The notes beneath the pieces are model-generated. The model made no database searches and was not told the origin of the DNA. It saw only the letters and a program-made list of their open reading frames with translations. A stretch of 34,662 bases of DNA from Limisphaerales bacterium (GTDB lineage: Bacteria > Verrucomicrobiota > Verrucomicrobiia > Limisphaerales > SIBE01): NCBI GenBank assembly GCA_044225505.1, contig JBGAIN010000083.1, positions 1 to 34,662 on the forward strand. The letters are read 5' to 3'. The position numbers and the translations under genes were made by a program. Shown piece by piece: positions 9,266 through 18,407 of the stretch; within the stretch, counting starts at the first letter, position 1; every line of letters begins with the position of its first letter.

Positions 9266-9718
9266 ATGTCTATGAGCTATCTCGCTGAAATAACTTTGCC
9301 GCTCGTTCGAGTGTTACGTCACTTTGCGACACTCCCGGCGCATCAACTTGCCGGCCAAGCGGCTAACATGGAGTTCTGGCGATCGGAAGTTGAGCATCGT
9401 CGACTGATCATTCGCTCGTATCGGGATCGGTTTCGCCGCATGCGCGATGCGGAGCAAGCCTACAGTAGAGAACACGGGTTGGGTTCTCCTTCGGTCGAGA
9501 GTTCTGGAGATTCCCCTTCGAACGAGATGGGCTCCCTCGCCCTGGCAGGGACTGGCACTCAAGATTCGGAACGACAAGAACTCCTCCGTGAACTCGATGC
9601 TGCATTCGGTGTTTTCTGGAATCGAATCACGCAATTCCAAGCTGGCCAGCTTAACGGCGCCGACCCGTCGGCGAACGTCACGCGTCCGGTCGCGGCTGAG
9701 GAAACGCCGTCGATTTAA
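9266..9718 (+). CDS. Hypothetical helical protein
   Basis: MSMSYLAEITLPLVRVLRHFATLPAHQLAGQAANMEFWRSEVEH...; protein-like amphipathic composition. Start at ATG 9266 or 9272 preferred over the track's 9197. Confidence 0.65.
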   Translation: MSMSYLAEITLPLVRVLRHFATLPAHQLAGQAANMEFWRSEVEHRRLIIRSYRDRFRRMRDAEQAYSREHGLGSPSVESSGDSPSNEMGSLALAGTGTQDSERQELLRELDAAFGVFWNRITQFQAGQLNGADPSANVTRPVAAEETPSI

Positions 9719-10131
9719 TCTGCCGCCGGGGCCTGCAGCTTGGCTGCGAACAGCGAAGGTTTCTCCTGTTGAAAAAACGTGGCTGGGGGTCGACAAACGT
9801 AAAGGCAAAGTCCACGCCGGGTCGGCGTCATCCGAAGCGCTTCGCCGGCATCGCAGGGCTCCAGAAGGGATAACTGCGCGTCGATGGACTCTTCACAAGA
9901 AGAGTTCTAAACTCCCTCGCAGAGCCGCCGCGCTCAGCCGCACGACCATCCGATGCGGCCAGCAGCGCTCGAATCCTTCGCGGTCGGGGTCGCACCGGCG
10001 GACATTCCTGCGGGATAAATCCCGCGATCGTGGTGGTCCGGTCAAGGTACGTTCGCTGCATCCTGATACCTGCTTCTTGGCTTCCACTGTCTCGGGTTTC
10101 GTGCTCTGCTTTAAACGTTCAGTGTTCAGAG

Positions 10132-10695
10132 ATGAGTGAACGCCGCCAACCTCAATCCGGGATACACCCGGTTCGCCAACGCTTGTTCATTTGCGGCTCC
10201 GACGAATGCACACCGTATCAGTACCGACAGATTTCGCACCTCCTGAAAGTCGGAAACCCAGGGGCTCCTCTTGCGAAACCGACCTGGTTTAACGGCCAGT
10301 ATCTGGAGTTGCGCTTTGGGGATGTCACCTCCGAGGCGGACGCGCGGCGGTGTCAATCCCAAGTCGCTGCCCAAGAGCAAATTCGCCAGGCGATGGAGTT
10401 CTTTCGCTCTGCTTCCGGTGTGTCCGAGTCCAGAATGCTGGTGACGTGCGAGTATGGCGCGTCTCGGTCGCCCGCACTGGCGTATCTTTTTATTGCCGAT
10501 GAGCTCGGGCCGGGCTTTGAATCCGAAGCCCTTCACCTGATGCTGCAGATTCGACCGGAGGCTGTCCCGAATGCTTGGGTGGTTCACTTGGGAGATGCTT
10601 TCCTGCAACGCCATGGTGCGTTACTTGAGCCCTTGAAAAAATTTCATTCTCGATTAAATGCGGAGCTGGCCGAAGGTTCGGCGGATCGTCCGTGA
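10132..10695 (+). CDS. Predicted protein-tyrosine/dual-specificity phosphatase-like protein
   Basis: CX5R P-loop LVTCEYGASRSPALA, upstream L.F.D general-acid segment (LRFGDV), and downstream IRPEAVPN. Start placed at ATG 10132. Confidence 0.8.
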   Translation: MSERRQPQSGIHPVRQRLFICGSDECTPYQYRQISHLLKVGNPGAPLAKPTWFNGQYLELRFGDVTSEADARRCQSQVAAQEQIRQAMEFFRSASGVSESRMLVTCEYGASRSPALAYLFIADELGPGFESEALHLMLQIRPEAVPNAWVVHLGDAFLQRHGALLEPLKKFHSRLNAELAEGSADRP

Positions 10696-10725
10696 AGGGG
10701 TTGGCCGCAAAACCATTCCCAGCGT

Positions 10726-11595
10726 ATGAAAAACTCTCGAAGATGGATTACTGCCTTCGTCTTCGCATTCGTGGTCGCGGTCACGGCCATTCTGATCGCG
10801 CGACCTCGCGGACCTTCGTATGGAGGTAAATCGATCAACAAATGGTTCTATGCGGTGGGCGATTTTCGCGCCCCACCCGACCCGGAAGCGGACCGGGCCG
10901 CGTTTCGGGCGATGGGATCAAACGCTGTGCCATTTCTGATCGCTCGGTTGCAGGCCGCTCCCTCCGAAAGAATCAGGGAAGCCCTGGCACGAATTTGGAC
11001 CCCGGCCAGCGAAATCTATCGTCAGCGGAAGCAGATGTGGCAGAGCAGGGCGGCTTTCTTGTTAGGGGAGATGGGTCCGCTCGCGCTTGCGGCGGAGCCG
11101 ATCCTGGTGCAATCGGCGGCCACTGGTTTCTGGGCGGTTCAAGGGGAAGCCAAGGTCGCTTTAATGAAGATACGACAGGAATCACCGGACACATTGATTG
11201 AGAAATTGAACGATACCAGCGATTGGCGAGCGTGGTATGAAAATGCGATGATGGTTGGGGAGTTCGGTGCTCGCGCGGAACCCGCTGTTCCCATACTTCT
11301 GCAAGCGCTGCAACATACAAATAATATCATCCAGGCCCATGCTCTAATTGCGCTGGGGATGATCAGTCGGCAACCGGAAAAGTGCGTGCCGGCAATCCTT
11401 CCATTTATGAATTCGCGCAGTGTGAGCGACCGTCAGAAGGCGATCGGTGCGTTGAGATCCTTCGGCTCCAACGCTTTTTCGGCCAAGCCAGCCATCGAGA
11501 AGGCACTTAACGACAACGACCCGTGGGTCAGGCGCCAGGCGGAGCTTGCCCTAAAGAACCTCCCGATGAGCCATGGTGCGGATCGTAAACCCTAG
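10726..11595 (+). CDS. Membrane-anchored HEAT-repeat protein
   Basis: N-terminal TM helix, then PSYGGKSINKW...AFRAMGSNAVPFLI and HEAT/PBS-like repeats (AVPILLQAL...; KALNDNDPWVRRQAELAL). Confidence 0.82.
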   Translation: MKNSRRWITAFVFAFVVAVTAILIARPRGPSYGGKSINKWFYAVGDFRAPPDPEADRAAFRAMGSNAVPFLIARLQAAPSERIREALARIWTPASEIYRQRKQMWQSRAAFLLGEMGPLALAAEPILVQSAATGFWAVQGEAKVALMKIRQESPDTLIEKLNDTSDWRAWYENAMMVGEFGARAEPAVPILLQALQHTNNIIQAHALIALGMISRQPEKCVPAILPFMNSRSVSDRQKAIGALRSFGSNAFSAKPAIEKALNDNDPWVRRQAELALKNLPMSHGADRKP

Positions 11596-11676
11596 CCAGC
11601 ATCGGAGGGAAGTTGCGCGGTGGCAAAGTCTTAGCAGCGTGGCAGGTCGCATTTACAGAATATTTCTCGCTGGCCT

Positions 11677-12003
11677 ATGAAATCTACCCGATTTATGGGG
11701 GGGTGTGCGCTTTTGATCGTCGCCGGGTTGCTTGGGTTGATCGTTGTACGGGTGCTCCGATGGGTCGCATCCGCAGCTCCACCGCCCGTCCTTAGCGCCC
11801 ACGTCCACGATACCGTTCACATCATCGTTCACATTGTTTTCGGCTCAGTTTCGTTTACGACCGGGCAGCTCTATACGGGGGCCTCGGCCGTGGCTCTTTT
11901 CGCGTTGGCCATCGCTGCAATAGGGCTTTTCCTCCTGTTCCCGTCGCCAAATGCCGCCGATTCTGCCGCTCAGCCAACTTCGCGACCGCCCGGTGTCTCC
12001 TGA
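11677..12003 (+). CDS. Small hypothetical membrane protein
   Basis: 108 aa. Two or three hydrophobic segments with a His-rich loop (HVHDTVHIIVH). Confidence 0.6.
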   Translation: MKSTRFMGGCALLIVAGLLGLIVVRVLRWVASAAPPPVLSAHVHDTVHIIVHIVFGSVSFTTGQLYTGASAVALFALAIAAIGLFLLFPSPNAADSAAQPTSRPPGVS

Positions 12004-12134
12004 TCCCAGACGCGGCGATGATGTTTCTGCGGCAGCCTGCAAAACCAAGTCACGCGCAGTGTTCTTTGGTTCCGCGATTCTGCCTTCCCATTGACGTTGA
12101 CGATGGTAGCCGCTGATAGGATTCTGTTCCAACC

Positions 12135-12818
12135 ATGCGCTGGTTGTCTGCCCGATCCACTCTGGTGACTATCGTTATCCTGTTTTTTGCCGGATTCATC
12201 GGCACGACGGCTGCCTTCTATGACTGGCGTAGGGATGGCATCAAATCTGTCGATGCGCGGGATGCTGTCAAGACAGCAGCCAACGTTGCCCTGGCCATCG
12301 GTGTGTGCCTGACTTGTTTGCAGTTCTGGATCAGCTCGGAAGATCGATCGATCGAGAACCGGGAGCGGGAGGCGATGCTGAAAGTCGAGAACGAACAGCG
12401 CTGGGTGCAGAACCTGATTCGATTACACGAGCTTTGGCAGCGGGTCCTGGATAAGCAATCGGTGCGGGACGATTTGGAATATCTGGCGGAACATGCCTTG
12501 ACGGAAGCGGACTTCCTGAACATCGCTAACGGCCACGCTGTATCCACAGAGGTCGATGCCGCTCGATCTCGCCAGATGCGGACTCACTTCATCGCGGCTT
12601 TAAATGTCTTTGAGATCATCGTGGTGGCCTATGCCTATAAGTTTGCCGATTCCAAGCTGGTCGAACCGACGCTTATCGAGCCGACTCTTTACTACACAGA
12701 GAAGTTACGTGGCTTTGTCAAAGCTTGGAAACAGACCGGCCACAAGGGGTGGAAAGGCTTGGATGACTCGATGAAACTGAGCGCTGCCGGATCACCCGAG
12801 CGGCTCGGTGCCTCATGA
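12135..12818 (+). CDS. Membrane protein, DUF4760-like C-terminal domain (tentative)
   Basis: 227 aa. Two TM helices, a coiled segment, then ALNVFEIIVVAY....AD, resembling the LN.FE..A.....D motif of DUF4760. Confidence 0.6.
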   Translation: MRWLSARSTLVTIVILFFAGFIGTTAAFYDWRRDGIKSVDARDAVKTAANVALAIGVCLTCLQFWISSEDRSIENREREAMLKVENEQRWVQNLIRLHELWQRVLDKQSVRDDLEYLAEHALTEADFLNIANGHAVSTEVDAARSRQMRTHFIAALNVFEIIVVAYAYKFADSKLVEPTLIEPTLYYTEKLRGFVKAWKQTGHKGWKGLDDSMKLSAAGSPERLGAS

Positions 12819-13031
12819 TTCTGCCGCTTCCGAGCGTCGAAAGGCCCAACAGTTGCCCTGATTCTTTAACCAGGGAGTTACCTGATGGCAAACAGACGGT
12901 GTCTCGGCGTATCGTTCGCCAGAGGGCAGGTTAGGCTGAGAGAGTGCTTCATTGATTGGGCTATTGCCCGAGTTAAAACAGAGGCATTTCGTTGGCCGCC
13001 CGCCGCCTGGAATGCTTGCGCACATCGTCTC

Positions 13032-13277
13032 ATGAAACCGACTGGAACGAGCCTCGAAAGCGTCATTGCCATCGCCGCGGGTCTTGCTGGCATCTACTTG
13101 GCTGGGATCGTCTGTGAGGTGCCTTTAGAATGGGTTCTCGGGCTCTACGGGCTTGCTGTCGTCGCAACAGTCTGGATGGCGATTCGGATCCTAAAAGATC
13201 CTTTCACCGTCGATAAAACCTTCGACGACAGGTTCTACCAGGACCGCGAGGATTTACGGCCGAGTGGCAAGCATTAA
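13032..13277 (+). CDS. Small two-TM hypothetical protein
   Basis: MKPTGTSLESVIAIAAGLAGIYL...VWMAIRILKDPFTVDKTFDDRFYQDRED. ATG 13032 preferred over 12885. Confidence 0.7.
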   Translation: MKPTGTSLESVIAIAAGLAGIYLAGIVCEVPLEWVLGLYGLAVVATVWMAIRILKDPFTVDKTFDDRFYQDREDLRPSGKH

Positions 13278-13927
13278 GGCGTTCCTCGGTGTGGATCGAA
13301 GCGCGTCTGAGGGCGACGCCGGCCGGATCCGGGCGTCCGAAGGTCCGTCATCCGTCGAAAGCGAACGAGCGAGCGTTGCTACTCAGGGACCATTTTGTCA
13401 CCTGTCCTGGGAAGGTCTGGTTTCTGGGGGAAAATTGACGGTGGACCGTTCTATGGTTCGGTCAAATCAGTGTGCCAACAGCTTCCGGTCACGAGGAGAA
13501 CTTTGGAGGAGACTCTGTCGTAGCGTGTTTTAGCGTTCTCTGCGAGTTTAGAATCACCCAACAAACCTCTCGAATTGCAGTTTGAAGTGTCGAGAGAACC
13601 ACCCAGACTTGGTTGAGCTGGGTAGGCAGGGAATACGTTGGGTGAATTCGCCCAATCCAAGAGCAAATTGCTCTCAACGATCAATGGGGCACTTTCGATT
13701 CGTTAAATCATTGTCAACTAGGCGGTTAACGTTCGTGTCCGCAAATTGTGGACAGTGGCAAATCCTGGAGACTGCCCGGCTAAAGTAATCCCGCTCACGG
13801 TTTGGGAACGGACCGTTCCCAATTCTGTTGGTCGAGTACGGCTCTGGCTGCGATTTTTCTACAGACTTCAGCGATGGCTTGTTTCGAGCGAGCTCGCAGG
13901 TTATCCATAGCCGCTCACTATCCACGT

Positions 13928-14284
13928 ATGAATCTCGAAAAACTAAGCAGTTCCATTCTTCTGGTCTCGTTGGGGGTCGTCTTTCTATCTGGTTGCTCTA
14001 CCGCTACCATAGTTTCTATTTCCGGTTCACCAAACCTAGCGTATACGGGGCACTACCGAGGTACGCATGTCGATACCGACTTCCGAGGAACCGGCGGAAT
14101 GCGCTTGGATTTAGGGCGCCAAGCCCTTCACGAAATAGAGATTCAAAAGGTTGCGGCCGAACAGACTGCGCACCTGCAGATTCGTCAGGGACGTAAGGTC
14201 GTTGTCGACGCGACCGCCGAGCCAGGGGTGCGCGGTCTTCGGGTCCGCAATAGCGACGGTTGGAGAATCGAGCACACGCAGTGA
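13928..14284 (+). CDS. Putative lipoprotein
   Basis: MNLEKLSSSILLVSLGVVFLSGC: lipobox LSGC followed by a beta-rich domain. Start at ATG 13928. Confidence 0.7.
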   Translation: MNLEKLSSSILLVSLGVVFLSGCSTATIVSISGSPNLAYTGHYRGTHVDTDFRGTGGMRLDLGRQALHEIEIQKVAAEQTAHLQIRQGRKVVVDATAEPGVRGLRVRNSDGWRIEHTQ

Positions 14285-14462
14285 CGGCTCGAGAATGCGG
14301 ACTAGGGCGGCGATGGGGACGGATGCCGGGCGATTGCCATTAATACGCGGACGAGGTGACCCTCCACCGTGCTGAAACATCCTTGCCGAAGAGTCGTAGA
14401 CGGCGGAGGCGGTAAGTGCTAGCGTCAGGAATCCCGTTTGTCTCTCTTGAGATCTTTAGACG

Positions 14463-15326
14463 ATGCCAGGCAATCATCTTTCCGCTCGGGTTCAGAGGCC
14501 ACCGCGGCTTGGGTCGCACTTTGCTGGCTTCACGCTCATTGAGCTGTTGGTGGTCATTGCGATCATCGCGATTCTTGCAGGCCTACTATTGCCGGTCCTG
14601 GCAAAATCAAAGACCAAGGCTCATGGGATTCTCTGCCTGAGCAACCAAAAGCAGTTGGCCCTGGGTTGGATCATGTATGCGGACGACCATAACGACACTT
14701 TGGTTTGGAATGATCTCACCGCCACAGGTTCCGGATGGGTCCGAGGGATTTTGGATTACAACGGCAACAATCCCGATAACACCAACACGATCAACCTGAC
14801 GAATCCCATTTACGCGCTCTTGGCTCCCTATACCTCGGGGACAGCAGGCATCTACAAGTGTCCTGCCGATAAGAGCTCCGTGAAGACCAAAGGGGGAGTT
14901 TTTCGGCGAGTCCGCAGCCTATCGATGAGCCAAGCGATGAACTCCAAGGATGACTGGCTGAGTTATCTTACAAAGAAAAAGTACGTTGTCTTTCGGAAGA
15001 GCTCTGACTTGAATCTCATGGGCGCCGCGTTGGCCTACGTCTTTCTCGATGAGCATCCGGACAGCATCAATTTTGGCGATTTCGCTGTCGCGATGAATGA
15101 CGGGATTGCTCCGACTCGCATTTACATCGTCGATGTGCCCGCGAGCTACCACAACGGCGCCGGCGGCATCAGCTTTGCCGACGGGCATGCCGAGGTGCAC
15201 AAATGGAATGATGTTCGGACCCGACAACCAATCACGGGCAAGTATATGTGGGGATCCGTTCAGGCCTCGCCCAACAACCGGGATATGGTCTACCTGTCGG
15301 AGCATGCCTCGGTCTCAGCACCGTGA
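14463..15326 (+). CDS. Prepilin-type N-terminal cleavage/methylation protein with H-X9-DG motif (DUF1559-like)
   Basis: GFTLIELLVVIAIIAILAGLLLP; CLSNQKQL; YKCPAD; YHNGAGGISFADGHAE. Confidence 0.93.
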   Translation: MPGNHLSARVQRPPRLGSHFAGFTLIELLVVIAIIAILAGLLLPVLAKSKTKAHGILCLSNQKQLALGWIMYADDHNDTLVWNDLTATGSGWVRGILDYNGNNPDNTNTINLTNPIYALLAPYTSGTAGIYKCPADKSSVKTKGGVFRRVRSLSMSQAMNSKDDWLSYLTKKKYVVFRKSSDLNLMGAALAYVFLDEHPDSINFGDFAVAMNDGIAPTRIYIVDVPASYHNGAGGISFADGHAEVHKWNDVRTRQPITGKYMWGSVQASPNNRDMVYLSEHASVSAP

Positions 15327-15457
15327 GCCACCGCGCTCCTTTGGGAAACTGCAGAAAAGAGTCACTTGGCCGGCCGCGGACGCCGGATGGCACCGGAAGC
15401 GGTTTGTAATCTTGTTAATCATTTAGTATGGGTAGTTACACATTCTGGTAAACATAA

Positions 15458-15694
15458 ATGAAGGCGAAGCTGGGAAGGCCTAAATTGGAGATCACCCGAT
15501 CGGTGCTGGCTGGGGCACGCTTTACACCTGAGGAAGCCAATCTGATCGATGGTGCCGCCGCTGGTTCCGGCCGAACCAAGTCGGAATGGATTCGTGAGAT
15601 ATTATTGAGTGCTGCCGGCGCCGGTTCCGCTAACCCGTCCCGGGCCGGGTCAGGATCCGTTGGATTAGGGACTGGTGACGATTTCCTGGATTAA
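15458..15694 (+). CDS. Small ribbon-helix-helix (CopG/MobC-like) DNA-binding protein
   Basis: GRPK motif, then ARFTPEEANLIDGAAAGSGRTKSEWIREILL, a beta-helix-helix pattern typical of RHH proteins. AT-rich upstream region. Confidence 0.7.
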   Translation: MKAKLGRPKLEITRSVLAGARFTPEEANLIDGAAAGSGRTKSEWIREILLSAAGAGSANPSRAGSGSVGLGTGDDFLD

Positions 15695-15930
15695 GAGCCG
15701 CGTTATTGACGTTGGATGGGGATAAAGCATTGCCACCTGTGAGGTGCGGGAAACACGCCTCGACCAAGGTCTTGGACATCGTCGCCGTGCTACCGCACAG
15801 TCTGAGCCAACGGACGGGCGGGAAAAAGATGAGCCCGAGGAGAAAAAGGCAAAGGCGAGCGGCCGCTGAATCATCCCAAAGATACCGATTCCTCAGCTCC
15901 ATCCCAACCTGGAACTCCGCTCGATCTTGC

Positions 15931-16428
15931 TTAAGGGGCAATCAAGCCCAGAAACTTTATAATGCACTCCGGAAGCTCTTGTCTCTGTCTGCTTAACTCT
16001 GCTTCCAATCGTCGGAGGTCGATGGTTTTGAGAATCAGCCTTTCGAAGCAGGCTTTTGCTCCGACGCAATCGAAGGACTCGGAACGGGTCACGATTGCCT
16101 CGAGCAGTTGCGTGACAGAGACGATTTCCTGGAAAGCCGGTTGCAGAGCGAGCTAGTCATCCACTGTTTCGCGCCAGACGCGGAGAATGTTCTCTTCGCG
16201 CGCGGGTGTGAATAACTCGTCGCTTTTGGCCCAGGCCAGCAACTGATGGTAAGCTCGCGCTTGTTGGATGTCGTCCAAAGGCACTTCATCAAGGGTGCGT
16301 TCCCACATCAGGCCGAAGCCTTCCGCCGCGGAACCGCCCGTACACAAGTGCGCAATCAGCCTTCGCTGAAATGCTAAACAGAACGCACTGTGCAACTTGC
16401 AGCTATCGCTGCGGGGTTCCCGTTTCAT
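15931..16428 (-). pseudogene. Hypothetical protein interrupted by an in-frame TAG at 16153-16155 (or an intact 91-aa gene followed by an in-frame open tail)
   Basis: ATG 16428 MKREPRS...WRETVDD, then TAG, then the same frame stays open for 73 codons (LALQPAFQEIVSVTQLLEAIVTRSESFD...LRRLEAELSRQRQEL...IAP) to TAA at 15931. Confidence 0.5.
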
Positions 16429-16729
16429 GTAGGGGCGCAGTTTGACTCGCCGTGTGCGCGCATTCAACCAAACTTTACAAAAAGTTGTCCACGTTCAGTT
16501 CACTGAGTTTTTCAGAGTTAAAAAAGGCCGATCTGGAGGCGTCCTGCCGCTACTTCTTCACCTAATTCACTGAAGATGTTCACAGCCAGACGGCTCTCGC
16601 TCAGGGGAAAAGGAGCTGACGCGAGGGAGCGAACAGAGATCGTTCTTCAGCTTCGTTAGAGGTTGTTCATCCGAAGCGGTCCCGTTCCTTCTTCGAAAAA
16701 CGATTCAGGTCGCTGGCGATTCTTCGCGG

Positions 16730-18151
16730 CTAACTCCGTGGGGCTGCGGCATGCGCTTGGTCTCGACTCGAATCGCCGGGACGATTCTGAATGGTAAAAT
16801 TGAAGACTGCACCTTGATTGACTCGAGCCTCCGCCCAAATCGTGCCGCCATGCCGGACGACTATTTTCTGGCAGGTGGCGAGCCCTATTCCAGTGCCTTC
16901 GTAGTCATGCGCCGAGTGCAACCGTTCAAATGGTTGGAAAAGTTTGGAGGCGTATTTCATTTCGAAACCCGCACCATTGTCCCGCACAAAAAAGACTTGA
17001 AGCCCACCTTCACGCTGCTCGGAGCCGAACTCAATTCTCGCCGCGCCGGTCTTCGCTGTAAACTTCCACGCGTTGCCAATCAGATTTTGGAGCAGTATGC
17101 GAAGCAAGCCAGGGTCGCCTCGGACGATGCGCTCTGGACAGCAGACGAAATCAACTTGTCGTTTGCTTGAAGCCGCCTGCAACTCCGCGACTACCGTCGC
17201 TGCGATCACGGAGAGATCGACCGGCAGCCATTGGATGTCGCCTCGGGCAATTCGTGAAAGCTGCAACCAAGCTTCAATGAGTTCATCCATGCGCAGGGCA
17301 GCTCCCTGGATGCGAGAGAGGTGACTCAAGGCCGAGGAATTCAGCTCCGTGTGCGATTCCTCCGTGAGCAACCGGGCAAACCCCTCGATGCTCCGCAGTG
17401 GAGCGCGCAGATCATGAGCGACAGAATAACAGAAACTTTCAAGTTCCTGGTTGGCGGCCTGGAGGTCCGCCGTTCGTTCTACGACGCGCTGCTCCAGGGT
17501 CAGGTTGCTTTGGCGAAGCTCCTCCTGCAGGCGCCGCTGTTCTGTCACATCGCGCACCACCAGGGTGTAGCCAGCCTCATTCTCCATGGAGTCCCAACGA
17601 GAGACGGACGCCTCGGCGCAGAACTCCGTCGCATCCGAACGTCTGGCGGTGACCGTCCAGAGTCGTAGGCTGCCGGGAGCGCCCGAGACAGGCTCCGCCT
17701 GGGCCCCAGGAAAATCAGAGATAAACCGTCGGACATCCTTACCAAAGGCGTCTGGAGCAGAACAGCCGAACATCAGCTGCGCTGCGGGATTGAACACGAC
17801 AATCTCGTATTTGGCGTTGATGCCGACAATGGCATCCAGCGCGGATTCGATCAGGTTTGTCAGTTGCGCTTGGCTTGCTCGCAGTGCTTCCTGAATTCGA
17901 TGTTGTTTTCGAAGCTCGCGCCAGACGATCCAGGAGACGACCAAGGCGCTGGCAATCACGAAGAAGAGACCAACTAATCCCTTGTAAAGGACAGCCTGCT
18001 GCGGGGTCGCCGCCAGCCGCGCAGCCAGTCGTTCGAAAACAGCAAACCAAACGACGGCCGCGCCAAAGTAGAGCAGAGCTGCGGCCAGAGCTCGCAGCCA
18101 GCGCCGGTGTCTTCGGGCGGCTTGTCGCCGAATGTGATCAGGTTGAACCAT
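16730..18151 (-). CDS. Membrane PAS-domain sensor histidine kinase (HisKA + HATPase_c)
   Basis: Two TM helices; PAS (FNPAAQLMFG...VVRDVTE); H-box ELESFCYSVAHDLRAPL; N-box QNLIGNAWKF; G1/F/G2 boxes VRDNGAGF..LFQPFERLH..GTGIGLA. Confidence 0.95.
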   Translation of the reverse strand: MVQPDHIRRQAARRHRRWLRALAAALLYFGAAVVWFAVFERLAARLAATPQQAVLYKGLVGLFFVIASALVVSWIVWRELRKQHRIQEALRASQAQLTNLIESALDAIVGINAKYEIVVFNPAAQLMFGCSAPDAFGKDVRRFISDFPGAQAEPVSGAPGSLRLWTVTARRSDATEFCAEASVSRWDSMENEAGYTLVVRDVTEQRRLQEELRQSNLTLEQRVVERTADLQAANQELESFCYSVAHDLRAPLRSIEGFARLLTEESHTELNSSALSHLSRIQGAALRMDELIEAWLQLSRIARGDIQWLPVDLSVIAATVVAELQAASSKRQVDFVCCPERIVRGDPGLLRILLQNLIGNAWKFTAKTGAARIEFGSEQREGGLQVFFVRDNGAGFEMKYASKLFQPFERLHSAHDYEGTGIGLATCQKIVVRHGGTIWAEARVNQGAVFNFTIQNRPGDSSRDQAHAAAPRS

Positions 18152-18407
18152 TCTCGACTACTGCGACGGATTTCTTCCTTCCGGAGGATTCTCGTCGAGA
18201 ACAACGGTCTGGCAGACTATCTGGATCTAGTCCGGGGAGCTATCGGGGAAACCCTGGACTTGCGCTCGACGCGGAACCTTGACGGAGTGCCTTTGCTCGA
18301 AGGGCCGCAGCAAGCCAGTGACAGCGAACCTCGCCCGAACGGGAAATCGACGTTGAGACTCAGGGGTGCTCAGCGCTGCGCAGGCGTTCTCAAAAAGGGC
18401 CAGAAAC

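Noticed and set aside
9800..9890. AAAGGCAAA suggesting a c-di-GMP-I riboswitch
   Set aside because: Lacks the following GNRA-capped stem and the GACGCAAAG segment.
9447..10139. 230-aa Arg/Ser-rich ORF
   Set aside because: Overlaps a better ORF, has non-globular composition and no motifs.
10681..11595. Shared gcggatcgt near the 3' ends of two adjacent genes as a possible attC relic
   Set aside because: Only 9 bp, inside coding sequence, with no RYYYAAC/GTTRRRY-bounded hairpin; plausible by chance.
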